Assembly (NCBI GenBank): GCA_046726415.1
Contig: JBKPAK010000222.1
Coordinates: 1 to 19,642, forward strand
Reading direction: 5' to 3'
Source of the DNA: Candidatus Methylomirabilota bacterium
GTDB lineage: Bacteria > Methylomirabilota > Methylomirabilia > Rokubacteriales > CSP1-6
DNA: 19,642 bases
The position numbers were made by a program, and so were the translations under genes. Below, piece by piece: positions 9,115 to 17,515 of this stretch (positions within the stretch are counted from its first letter, which is position 1; each line of letters opens with the position of its first letter). The notes under the pieces were generated by a model that ran no database searches, was not told the DNA's origin, and worked only from the letters and a program-made list of their open reading frames with translations.

Positions 9115-10251
9115 TTGAAGATCCTTCACGTGATCAACACATTGGCCGTCGGAGGCGCAGAGCTTCACCTGCTCACCCTGTGTCGAGGGCTCCGGCCCTA
9201 CGCCCTCGACATGACCGTCGCCTTCGGCCGAGAGTCGATTGGTGACAGTCGCTCGCTGCGCAGCGATTTCGAACAATGCGGTGTCCGGACCATCAGGGTC
9301 GGTGCGGAGCGACGATACGACCCCAGCTTTCCGGTCGGGATCCTCCGCGTCCTACGGTCCGAGCGCCCGGACATCCTTCACAGCCATCTCCCCCGCGCCG
9401 ATCTGGCCACGGGCGCGGCGGGGCTCGTGACTCGATCGCAGCCCTGGATCGTGAGTGTCCATGGAATGCATGACGCCCGCGACACGTGGTCGGGACGACC
9501 ATGGATGCCCCTGGTGCGCCGGGTGTGGGCGGGGGCCGACCGCGTCATCGCGATTTCGGAAGCGGTAAAGAGTTGGCTGGTGAGGGAACAGGCCATTCCC
9601 GCGGCACGGGTGAGCGTCATTCACTACGGGATCGACCTGGCGCGGTTCGCTTCGGCGACCCGTGACCTGCGGGAGGCGTGGGGTCTGAGCGATGAACCTG
9701 TGGTCGGCTCGATCGGCCGGCTGGACCCGCGAAAGGGTCACGAACGCCTCATTCGAGCGATGGTGGCCGTCCACCGGCGAGTGCCTCGAGCGATCCTGGT
9801 GATTGCCGGCCACGACCCGGGCGGCTACCGGAACGCGCTTGAACAGCTCGTCGGCGACCTCGGGCTTCAGGGCACCGTGAGGTTCGTGGGCTTTCAGAGT
9901 GACGTTCCGGCCTTTTTGGCCACTGTGGATGTGTTCGCCTTTGCCTCGGACTCGGAGGGGTTCGGACAGGTGGTGGTTGAAGCCATGGCCGCGGCCAAGC
10001 CGGTGGTGGCCATCCGCATGGCCCCCCTGACCGAGATCGTTGCCGACGGCGAGAGCGGAATCTTGGTCAGCCCGCGTGACCCCGAGAGTCTGGCGGAGGC
10101 CATGGTCCGCCTACTCGAAGATCGAGAGGAGGCGCGGCGAATGGGACGAGGCGGTCGGCTCCGCGCAGAAGGCCTCTTTTCGGCGGAGACCATGTCGAGC
10201 CGGACGGCTCAGCTCTACCGAGACATTCTCACCGGTCAGGAGGTGGCATGA
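9115..10251 (+). CDS. Glycosyltransferase family 4 (GT-B)
   Basis: KILHVINTLAVGGAE N-terminus, IGRLDPRKGH, SEGFGQVVVEAMAAAKPVV. The likely start is TTG 9115; the ORF track extends to 9031, overlapping the previous gene. Confidence 0.9.
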   Translation: MKILHVINTLAVGGAELHLLTLCRGLRPYALDMTVAFGRESIGDSRSLRSDFEQCGVRTIRVGAERRYDPSFPVGILRVLRSERPDILHSHLPRADLATGAAGLVTRSQPWIVSVHGMHDARDTWSGRPWMPLVRRVWAGADRVIAISEAVKSWLVREQAIPAARVSVIHYGIDLARFASATRDLREAWGLSDEPVVGSIGRLDPRKGHERLIRAMVAVHRRVPRAILVIAGHDPGGYRNALEQLVGDLGLQGTVRFVGFQSDVPAFLATVDVFAFASDSEGFGQVVVEAMAAAKPVVAIRMAPLTEIVADGESGILVSPRDPESLAEAMVRLLEDREEARRMGRGGRLRAEGLFSAETMSSRTAQLYRDILTGQEVA

Positions 10252-12161
10252 GCCAAGACGAAAAGCTGAAGCGCCTGATCGACGTCGTGGTGGCCTCCAT
10301 CGGACTTGTCGTCAGCGCTCCTCTCTGGCTCTTGGTGGCGCTGGCCATTCGCCTCGATGACCGGGGACCCGTCTTCTTCGCCCAGGATCGCTGGGGACAA
10401 GGGGGCCGCCGGATACGGGTCCTCAAGTTTCGAACGATGGTGGTGGGGGCGGGGAGTCTCGCCGTTCAGGCGACCCGACACGATCCGCGCATCACGCGGA
10501 TCGGTCGGCTGCTGCGCGCCACCGCGCTCGATGAGCTCCCCCAGGTCCTGAGCATCTGGAAGGGCGACATGAGTTTTGTCGGCCCCCGCGCGCTGCCGGT
10601 GAATGAGGTCCAGAGCCGCGGGCGAGACCGGGCCTCCGCAGATAGTGAGATCCCGCTGTTCAAGGAGCGCTTGGCGGTGAAGCCGGGACTGACCGGCCTC
10701 GCCCAAATCTACGCCCCCCGCGATGTCGAACGACACCGAAAGTTCCGCTATGACACGTTCTACATCCGGCGACGAAGCGTTGGGTTGGATCTGCGGCTGA
10801 TCGCCTTGTCCGTTTGGATCAGCGTGCGCGGGCAGTGGGAATCGCGGGGACAGCGGAGGGCTAAGCGTCGGCGGGCGCATCTCCCGCGCGCGATCGCCGC
10901 GGGCGCTGACCCACGGCCCGACCGCGGCGGGCCGGCCAAGGTCGTTCGGGTGATCGCGCGATTGAACGTGGGCGGCCCGGCGATTCACGTGGTACTCCTC
11001 ACGGCCGGTCTGAAACGGCTGGGGTACACCTCGGTCCTGGTGACGGGACGGGAGAGCGCCACCGAGGGATCGCTGCGTGACTATGCAGCGGCGCACGGGG
11101 TGATGCCGATTATCATTCCTGAGATGGCCGGCGAGTTGTCGGCGAACGGGCAGGACGTGCGTGCGCTCGTGAAACTCTATCGGCTTATGCGGCGCGAACG
11201 GCCGACCATCGTGCATACCCATACCGGCAAGGCGGGCGTGCTGGCGCGAATCGCGGCCTGCCTGGCGGGGGTCCCCATCATCCTCCACACGTTTCATGGG
11301 CACGTGCTGCGCGGCTATTACGGGCCCGTGAAGACATGGCTGCTGCGCAGACTGGAGCGGGAACTTGGGCGGCGGACGGATTGCATCGCGGCCGTGAGCG
11401 AGGGCGTCAAGCGGGAGCTCATCGACCACGGTGTGGCTCCCGCTAGCCGGATTGCCGTCATCCCTCTCGGCATTGACCTGGAGCCGTACCTGACGTCGAC
11501 GCGGCGGGCCGGACGGTTCCGCGCCGCCCTCGGTATCCCCGCCCACTCGCCGCTGATTGGCATCGTGGGACGGATTGTGCCCATCAAGGATCATCGCCTC
11601 TTTTGCGACGCCGCCCGCCTCGTGATCGCGCGCTGGCCGGCCGCCCGCTTCGTGGTGGTCGGCGATGGCGTATTGCGCAGGGACATCGAGAAGTACGCCC
11701 ACGACCTGTGGCTGGCCCAGCACGTGCTGTTCACGGGATGGCGGCGAGATCTGCCGGACGTCTATTCCGATCTCGACGTGCTCGTCATCGCGTCGCGGAA
11801 CGAGGGAACCCCGGTAGCCGCCATCGAGGCGATGGCGTCGCGGTGCCCGGTGGTCGCAACGCGGGTCGGCGGGGTTCCAGATCTCATCGAGGACGGCGTG
11901 ACCGGCCTGCTGGTACGATGGGGTGATGCCGCTGAGCTGAGCGAGGCTGTGCTGAAGCTGCTGGATGACCGCGGCCTCGTGAGACGGTTGACCGAGACCG
12001 CGCAGGCCCGGGTCCGCATCGACTTCACGGCCACCCGGCTCGTGACGGATATGGCCGCCCTTTACGAGCGGCTTCTGGATCGCAAGGGGATTGCCATCCC
12101 CGCCACGCTATTGTCGGCGGCCTCGGCAAACAGAAAAGCCCGTCCCGTGTTGTCGGGATGA
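10248..12161 (+). CDS. Fusion of a monotopic phosphoglycosyl transferase (Bac_transf, PglC/WcaJ-C-like) and a GT4 glycosyltransferase
   Basis: First ~200 aa: KRLIDVV, membrane segment, KFRTM, DPRITRIGRLLR, LDELPQ, GDMSFVGPR, KPGLTGLAQ. An Arg-rich linker follows. From ~10938: KVVRVIARLNVGGPAIH...NEGTPVAAIEAMAS (GT4). No stop between the domains. RBS AGGAGG and ATGA coupling. Confidence 0.9.
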   Translation: MSQDEKLKRLIDVVVASIGLVVSAPLWLLVALAIRLDDRGPVFFAQDRWGQGGRRIRVLKFRTMVVGAGSLAVQATRHDPRITRIGRLLRATALDELPQVLSIWKGDMSFVGPRALPVNEVQSRGRDRASADSEIPLFKERLAVKPGLTGLAQIYAPRDVERHRKFRYDTFYIRRRSVGLDLRLIALSVWISVRGQWESRGQRRAKRRRAHLPRAIAAGADPRPDRGGPAKVVRVIARLNVGGPAIHVVLLTAGLKRLGYTSVLVTGRESATEGSLRDYAAAHGVMPIIIPEMAGELSANGQDVRALVKLYRLMRRERPTIVHTHTGKAGVLARIAACLAGVPIILHTFHGHVLRGYYGPVKTWLLRRLERELGRRTDCIAAVSEGVKRELIDHGVAPASRIAVIPLGIDLEPYLTSTRRAGRFRAALGIPAHSPLIGIVGRIVPIKDHRLFCDAARLVIARWPAARFVVVGDGVLRRDIEKYAHDLWLAQHVLFTGWRRDLPDVYSDLDVLVIASRNEGTPVAAIEAMASRCPVVATRVGGVPDLIEDGVTGLLVRWGDAAELSEAVLKLLDDRGLVRRLTETAQARVRIDFTATRLVTDMAALYERLLDRKGIAIPATLLSAASANRKARPVLSG

Positions 12162-13519
12162 TCTCGGCACCGCCGCCTGACGGCGCCATCGAACCCGGGC
12201 GCCTCCCCAGCGACGCCGCCAAGATCTCTGCCACCCAGTACGCGGGCACGGCCCTGGCGTTCGCGACGACAGTCGTAGCCACTCGGCTCCTTGGTCCGGT
12301 CGCGTACGGCCTTGCCACCCGGGCCATCAGCTATCCACCGCTGCTGTGGGGTCTCGGAGGAGTGGCGCAAAGCGCGCGCGACGCCCTCACCAGCGTTCTC
12401 GGTGACCGGCTCACGGCAACAGTGGCCGGTGTGACGCTGCACGGCTCGTTCGCCCATCGGCACTATCTGGAAGCGCTGGCCGCCGTCCGATCGGATCCGC
12501 TGATGATGCGGCTCTTCTGCGCGGCGGTCAGGCCAGGGACGGTCGTGCTTGACATGGGCGCGCACCTCGGGCTCTTCACTCTCCTCGCGGCTGCGAGGGT
12601 CGGCCAGGCCGGTCGCGTGTACGCCTTCGAGCCGGATCGTCGGAATGCGCGGGCGATGCGCCGCAGCCTGACGCGGACCGAGCTTTCCTCGCAAGTGACG
12701 CTGGTCGAGGCCGCGGCGGGCGCGGAGCCCGGAAAGCGAGACTTCCATCTGCACTCACTCGGACCCAGCTCGTCATTGGGCTCCTTCACTTCCGCCTCAT
12801 CGCCAGGCTTCTGCAGAAAGAGGCCCACGGCTCGCCGTGTCGCGCGTCTTTCCGCGAATTTCGGCCGCTCACGAGGGAGGTGGCTGGGCTGTTCGGATGG
12901 AACTTCCTGGCCATGTCCCTTGTCGGCGCCGCGGCGCACATCCCTCTGGCGCTCCTGGGACGTGGCCGCGGGCCTGAGGACGCGACGACAATCGTCACCG
13001 CAGCTTCGCATCTGGAGCATGCGTTAAGGCGCGTGGTCTATCCCGAACTCGCCAGCCGGTGGGCGGTCGGAGAACGAGCCGAGATCGCTGCCAGTCTCCG
13101 GCACTGGACGATTCGCTACGGCCTCCCGATTTCTCTCCTGTTGTTGGGAACCGTGCCGCTTCTCCCATTTATCATTCGTCTGGTATTCGGCGACAGGTAC
13201 GGTGCCATGGGTGCCGGGGCGCAGGTGATGTTGCTGACAGTCCCGGCAAGCACGGCCGTGTTCTGGGGTGAATACGCTATACTTCTCCAGCGGGAGCATC
13301 CGCAATTGGACGTGGGGGGTGCGGTACAGACCGCTGTGATCGCCGTTCTTGCGTGGCCGGCCATCGCGTATGCGGGCTTCTCGGGATGGCGACGCCGTTC
13401 GCGGTAGCGAACAGCGCATTTGTCTTCGTCATGGCGCACTGGCTATGCGCGTCCTGATGCGTTCTGGTCTCGAGATCTCACCCTCCCGTTCGTCGATGGC
13501 TCATGGGGGTAGGCCATGA
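12158..13519 (+). pseudogene. wzx: Disrupted Wzx-type flippase (N-terminus 12158-~12364; C-terminal half ~12769-13519 with several frameshifts)
   Basis: The N-terminus has the flippase signature ATRLLGPVAYG. A C-terminal half in another frame reads LFGWNFLAMSL...LLGRGRGPEDA...VVYPELA...LVFGDRY. Frame switches near 13265, 13314, 13383 and ~13437 rebuild a hydrophobic tail ending at TGA 13517-13519, which overlaps the next ATG. Confidence 0.75.
12365..12768 (+). pseudogene. FkbM-family methyltransferase, N-terminal half only, fused in frame to the wzx N-terminus
   Basis: VRPGTVVLDMGAHLGLFTLLAA, GRVYAFEPDRRN and VEAAAG are FkbM (Methyltransf_21) motifs. The C-terminal KIDVEG-type motif is absent. 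Boundaries are approximate. Confidence 0.8.
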
Positions 13520-14577
13520 ATCAGAGCGCGACCTGGTTCCTGTACAAGTTTCGTGGACACAACAATCCTCGATTCGAGGCGCTGGTGCACGGGCTGCGCG
13601 AGGACGTGGCCTGGCACGGGTTCACCTTCAGCGACCGGCGACTCGTTCGGGGCGCGCAGTTTCGGCTGTGGAAGCTGGTGGATCGTCGTGTCGTCTACCC
13701 CTGGGTGCTGCCGCGCCTCGCTCGCCGTTACCAGGTGCTGATGACCGTGGAAGCGGCGCAGATTGCTTTCTGGCCGCGGGAGAAATCGGTGATCCTCGAC
13801 ATCGATGATCCCTGGTTCACACCGGAGGAGATCGAGTCGCTGAATTTGCCGCAGGTAAAGGCCATCGTGACGACCACCACCAAGGCGAAGAACATCTACC
13901 TTGATGCGGGCGTGCGCAATCCCATTCTCGTAATCCCGCAGCCGGTTGCGTCCGACGGCGCGGGAGCTCCGGACCCGAAGCGGGTAGAGAGTATTCGCGC
14001 CTCGCTGCGAAAGTCCGATGAGCTGGTCGTGGGATACAGCGCACCAACCTTCACGGTTCGAGCAGACGGGCCACGGCGCGCGCGCAACGGGCTCGATGAT
14101 ATCGATCTGCTGATCGCCGCGATGGAGCGGGCCAGGCGCACCGAGCCGCGGCTGGTTCTCTGGCTCATCGGAAGCGTGAGCACGGGTGTCCGGAAGCTCG
14201 CTGCGGAGCGGGCGTGGATACGGATGCTGGGCTATCTTCCCTCGAACCAGATGCTCGATTACACCGCGAACTTCGATATCGCGGTGTATCCGCGCACGCT
14301 CCAGGTTCCGCCCGGTCATTTCAGCGTGAAAATCGCGCAGTATCTGACCTGCGGTATTCCCATTGTCGCCACCGAGCTCGACGAGGCGAGTTTTGTGCTA
14401 GAGGCGGAGGCGGGGCGGATCTGCCGGGACGAGGACGCATTCTCGACCGCGCTTTCCGAGCTCGCCTCTTCTCCCGAGCTGCGTGGGCGGCTGGGCGAGG
14501 CTGGTCGGCGTTACGCGCGCGCGAACCTCGATTGGCAGGCCGGATTGAGAACTTTCCGGGAGCTGTTGAGATCGTGA
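13516..14577 (+). CDS. Glycosyltransferase (GT-B, GT4-like)
   Basis: VILDIDD, MLGYLP, FDIAVYP, SVKIAQYLTCGIPIVAT (K-x-x-E/Q-Y-x-x-x-G-x-P variant), GEAGRRYARANLDW. Confidence 0.8.
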   Translation: MNQSATWFLYKFRGHNNPRFEALVHGLREDVAWHGFTFSDRRLVRGAQFRLWKLVDRRVVYPWVLPRLARRYQVLMTVEAAQIAFWPREKSVILDIDDPWFTPEEIESLNLPQVKAIVTTTTKAKNIYLDAGVRNPILVIPQPVASDGAGAPDPKRVESIRASLRKSDELVVGYSAPTFTVRADGPRRARNGLDDIDLLIAAMERARRTEPRLVLWLIGSVSTGVRKLAAERAWIRMLGYLPSNQMLDYTANFDIAVYPRTLQVPPGHFSVKIAQYLTCGIPIVATELDEASFVLEAEAGRICRDEDAFSTALSELASSPELRGRLGEAGRRYARANLDWQAGLRTFRELLRS

Positions 14578-14765
14578 GCGGTGGAACCAATGCGGTGGCT
14601 ACCTGCTTCGTCGGGACCGCGCGGCTCAGCCTGCTGCAGGACGCGACAGCCGAAAGAAAATTCCGCGCGCTCAGCGCGTTGGGCGGATTGTCCGTCATCG
14701 CCTTCTGGACGGACGCGCGCTTCGACGCCTTCCGGCAGTACGCCCGTTTCCGGCGGCTTCGGCCT
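14574..14765 (+). pseudogene. Truncated N-terminus of a GT4 paralog of the 6730-7971 gene
   Basis: GTG start overlaps the upstream stop (GTGA). CFVGTAR...RKF...QYARF aligns without gaps to CFAGGAR...RKF...QDARF of the 6730 gene (20/49 identical by hand count). Similarity ends where the transposase remnant begins. Confidence 0.75.
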
Positions 14766-15190
14766 GCTCGTCGTAGATATCTTGCACTGTCCGCGCTGTG
14801 GAGAGCGGCCGCGGATCGTGGCGAGGCGCCCGCGGCCACCAACCCTCCGTCGGCTGCTCGCGCGTCTGGGGCTGGGCGGCCCCCCACCCTGCGCACCGCC
14901 AGCGCGACCGTCCCCACGATCGACGGCGTAACCGCCCGCACGTCGCTTCCAGGGAGCCGCCTTCACCCGGGGTCCGCTGGGCCGCCGACCCTCATCTGCT
15001 CGCCCGCACCGCGGCCGCCGTCACGATTCCCGCCCTCGTGGCCCTCGACACCGTCCCTGACGCCTCCTGGCCGTGCTCGGGGGTTTGACGATGGCTCCGC
15101 CGAGCGCCATGGTGCTCCACCACCGAGGGTCGGCGGGAAAGGTTGTCCGGCGGAGTCCCGGGTGAGAGGGCATTTAGAGGGTCTATGCTC
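14764..15190 (+). mobile_element. IS91/ISCR-family rolling-circle element remnant (transposase C-terminus plus oriIS-like end)
   Basis: 14764-14931 encodes VDILHCPRCGERPRIVA...TLRRLLARLGLGGPPPCAPPARP*, matching the IS91-family tail pattern D-x-L-x-CPxCG...RILxHLGL...PARxP. About 260 bp of non-coding GC-rich DNA follows, ending in GGCATTTAGAGGGTCTATGCTC (15169-15190), which resembles the ISCR oriIS end as I recall it. Confidence 0.7.
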
Positions 15191-15228
15191 GGCTCTGAGA
15201 ACGGACGTTCCGTTCACCCGCCCTTTAT

Positions 15229-15583
15229 CCTGTCACCATGGCCATGCGGTATATCTCCGAGTTTTGGGGCGGCGGGCCGCCGCGCCGCGGTTGGCAATAT
15301 CTCGCGGATCCGGTATGTGGCCGATCTCGCCGCCGCCGCGCTCATTGCCCCGGCGTTGAGTGCCACCCGGGTGTCCACCCACCTCTATGATGTGCCGGGG
15401 ACCGCTTCCCTCATGATGGTGTATGCTCTGTCCTTGCCGTTCTATTCGCTGCTGGGAACGAGCCTCGCTGTTCTCTCGGCCTACGAATTTCTCGGAATCG
15501 CTGGGGTTTCCGCGGTGGGCGTCGCGGCCTTTACGCTGCTGATGGCGGCCAGGGCGATGGCGCGCGGAGCGCGTCAGCGCTAA
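15229..15583 (+). pseudogene. Second Wzx-type flippase fragment (early-internal part plus a C-terminal tip; frameshifted and internally deleted)
   Basis: PVTMAMRYISEF, then a +1 shift at TTTTGGGG (15262-15269), then GAAGRR...RYVADLAAAALI...LMMVYALSLPFYSLLGTSLAVLS. This resembles the flippase region after the LGPxxYG helix. It jumps to a terminal helix (FLGIAGVSAVGVAAFTLLMA) and TAA. Confidence 0.55.
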
Positions 15584-15596
15584 AAGGAACGGGAAG

Positions 15597-16367
15597 ATGC
15601 CGATGGCGGCGACGGGCAAAGATCTCGAGGCAGACCGGCGGCCGCCCTCCTTCGCGGGCGACCGCTTTCCCTGGCGGCAGTATCGGCGGTTGCTCTGGAA
15701 CGAGGCCACCCTGTCCCGAGTCCTCTCGGAGATCGAGTTGGAGAGTCTCTGTGACATGAAAATGTCCGGAGTCGAACGGCGCGTTCTGGTGGCCGGCGGG
15801 GGCCGTACTGTGGGGGGTTCGGACCGCGTCGCCCTCACCCGGAGGCTCGCCGAGTTGCCCACCGTGTTTGCCGATGTGCTGCCGTCCCGCACACCCGACA
15901 TCGTGGCCAACCTGACGGAACCGTGGCCGTTCCGGGACGATGCGTTCGATGTCGTTCTGTCGACGTGGGTGGTCGAGCATCTGCCCGATCCGACCACCTA
16001 CTTTCACGAGACATTTCGGGTCTTGCGAAGTCCCGGTCTCTATCTGTGCGCCGTCCCTTTTCTCTACCGACAGCATGGCTCACCCCAGGACTTCGTCCGC
16101 TTCACCGACGACGCCCTCGTTCACCTGGCCTCCGTGGCAGGCTTTCGCCACATCCTGGTTCATCGAGTTGGTGGCACCCCGTTGGTGTGCTGCGTCAATT
16201 TGTTGTGGCCGATCCTCGGTCTCCCCGGGTTGGGATTGTCGGCGTTTGCCGTGGCTACGGTCGCCGACAAGGCCTTGGTGGTCATCAGCCGACTGGCCGG
16301 TCGGCGGGGTGAGGTTTTGCAGAGCTATCCCATGGCCCATGTCTTGGCGGCCGAAAAGCGCGGGTAG
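15597..16367 (+). CDS. Class I SAM-dependent methyltransferase (Methyltransf_11-like)
   Basis: WPFRDDAFDVVLSTWVVEHLPDP, RVLRSPG, VPFLYRQHGSPQDFVRFT. Motif I is atypical (VLVAGGG). Purine-rich RBS upstream. Confidence 0.8.
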   Translation: MPMAATGKDLEADRRPPSFAGDRFPWRQYRRLLWNEATLSRVLSEIELESLCDMKMSGVERRVLVAGGGRTVGGSDRVALTRRLAELPTVFADVLPSRTPDIVANLTEPWPFRDDAFDVVLSTWVVEHLPDPTTYFHETFRVLRSPGLYLCAVPFLYRQHGSPQDFVRFTDDALVHLASVAGFRHILVHRVGGTPLVCCVNLLWPILGLPGLGLSAFAVATVADKALVVISRLAGRRGEVLQSYPMAHVLAAEKRG

Positions 16368-16369
16368 GA

Positions 16370-17515
16370 ATGCCGACCCTTCGTGTCGCGATCGCCGCCG
16401 GAATCTTCCCGCCGGACATCGGTGGGCCCGCCACCTATGTGCCCGTCCTCGCCGAGGGGTTGGTGGCGCGCGGACACGAGGTCACGGTGGTGACGCTGAG
16501 TCACGGCGTCGATCACAATGATCGAGCATACCCGTTCCGGGTGGTGCGCCTGCCGCGTCGATCGTGGACGCCCGGGCGCTGGGTGGGCATCGTGGCCGAG
16601 ATCGCCGGCTGGGGACGACGCGCCGACCTGCTCTTCACCAATGGCCTCGGTTTCGAGACGGCCATTGCCGGCAAGCTCGCGGGGCGACCGGTGGTGGAAA
16701 AGGTCGTCGGCGATCTGGCCTGGGAAAAGGCCATGCGGGCAGGGTGGAGCGGCCTGGGTTTCGAAGCGTTCCAGTCCGAGCGCCTGCGGGTCCGGGCGGA
16801 AATGCTGAAGGCCGTTCGCCGCTGGTGGGTCCGCCAGGCCGAGCGCGTGATCACTCCCTCCAGATATCTGGCCACCATCGTCCGGGGCTGGGGCGTCCCC
16901 GAGGCCAGAATCGAGGTCATCGCCAATGCGGTGGAACTGACCGAACGAAGGCGGCCACCCGCGCCCACCGGTCCCGAGAGGCGAACGGTCGTAACGGTGG
17001 GGCGGCTGGTGGCTTGGAAGCACGTGGACGGGATCATCCGTGCGATTCATGAGGTGCCGGGAGTCAACTTGCTCATCATTGGCGACGGTCCCGAACGGGA
17101 GAAGCTCGAAGCGCTGGTAACCGCGCTCCGACTTAAAGGCCGCGTCACGTTCGCTGGTCAGGTCAGTCAGCCGGACGTCGCGAGGCTGATGGCACAGTGC
17201 GATCTGTTCGTGCTCAATTCGAGCTATGAAGGGCAGCCGCATGTTGTGCTCGAGGCCATGGCGGCCGGACTTCCCGTGGTGGCCACCGCCGTTGGAGGGA
17301 CGGTGGAGGTGATTCGGCACCCCGAGAACGGAATTCTGATCGGAAACGGGACCACCGGGCTGACGTCGGCCATCGCTCACGTGCTCGGCGATCGCGCGCT
17401 CTGGCGCCAGCTGCGCGACAATGGATGGCAGACCGTCGCCGGATTCACGCGCGGCGCTATGGTCGAAAAGACTGAACGGCTTCTGGCCTCGGTGGTCGCG
17501 GGCGGAAGGGGCTGA
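16370..17515 (+). CDS. Glycosyltransferase family 4 (GT-B)
   Basis: IFPPDIGGPATY, VGRLVAWKHVD, IGDGPER, SSYEGQPHVVLEAMAAGLPVVAT. Confidence 0.92.
   Translation: MPTLRVAIAAGIFPPDIGGPATYVPVLAEGLVARGHEVTVVTLSHGVDHNDRAYPFRVVRLPRRSWTPGRWVGIVAEIAGWGRRADLLFTNGLGFETAIAGKLAGRPVVEKVVGDLAWEKAMRAGWSGLGFEAFQSERLRVRAEMLKAVRRWWVRQAERVITPSRYLATIVRGWGVPEARIEVIANAVELTERRRPPAPTGPERRTVVTVGRLVAWKHVDGIIRAIHEVPGVNLLIIGDGPEREKLEALVTALRLKGRVTFAGQVSQPDVARLMAQCDLFVLNSSYEGQPHVVLEAMAAGLPVVATAVGGTVEVIRHPENGILIGNGTTGLTSAIAHVLGDRALWRQLRDNGWQTVAGFTRGAMVEKTERLLASVVAGGRG

Noticed and set aside
10236..11723. 495-aa minus-strand ORF, and similar ones at 4520-5707, 7899-9107 and 16325-17956
   Set aside because: Antisense shadows of well-supported plus-strand genes.
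13314..13319. G6 run as a phase-variation switch
   Set aside because: The tract is short and the gene has several other lesions, so one slip would not restore it.
14214..15359. 381-aa plus-strand ORF as a real gene
   Set aside because: It is a composite: off-frame overlap with a GT, the GT stub (14574-14765), then Pro/Arg-rich read-through of the IS remnant.
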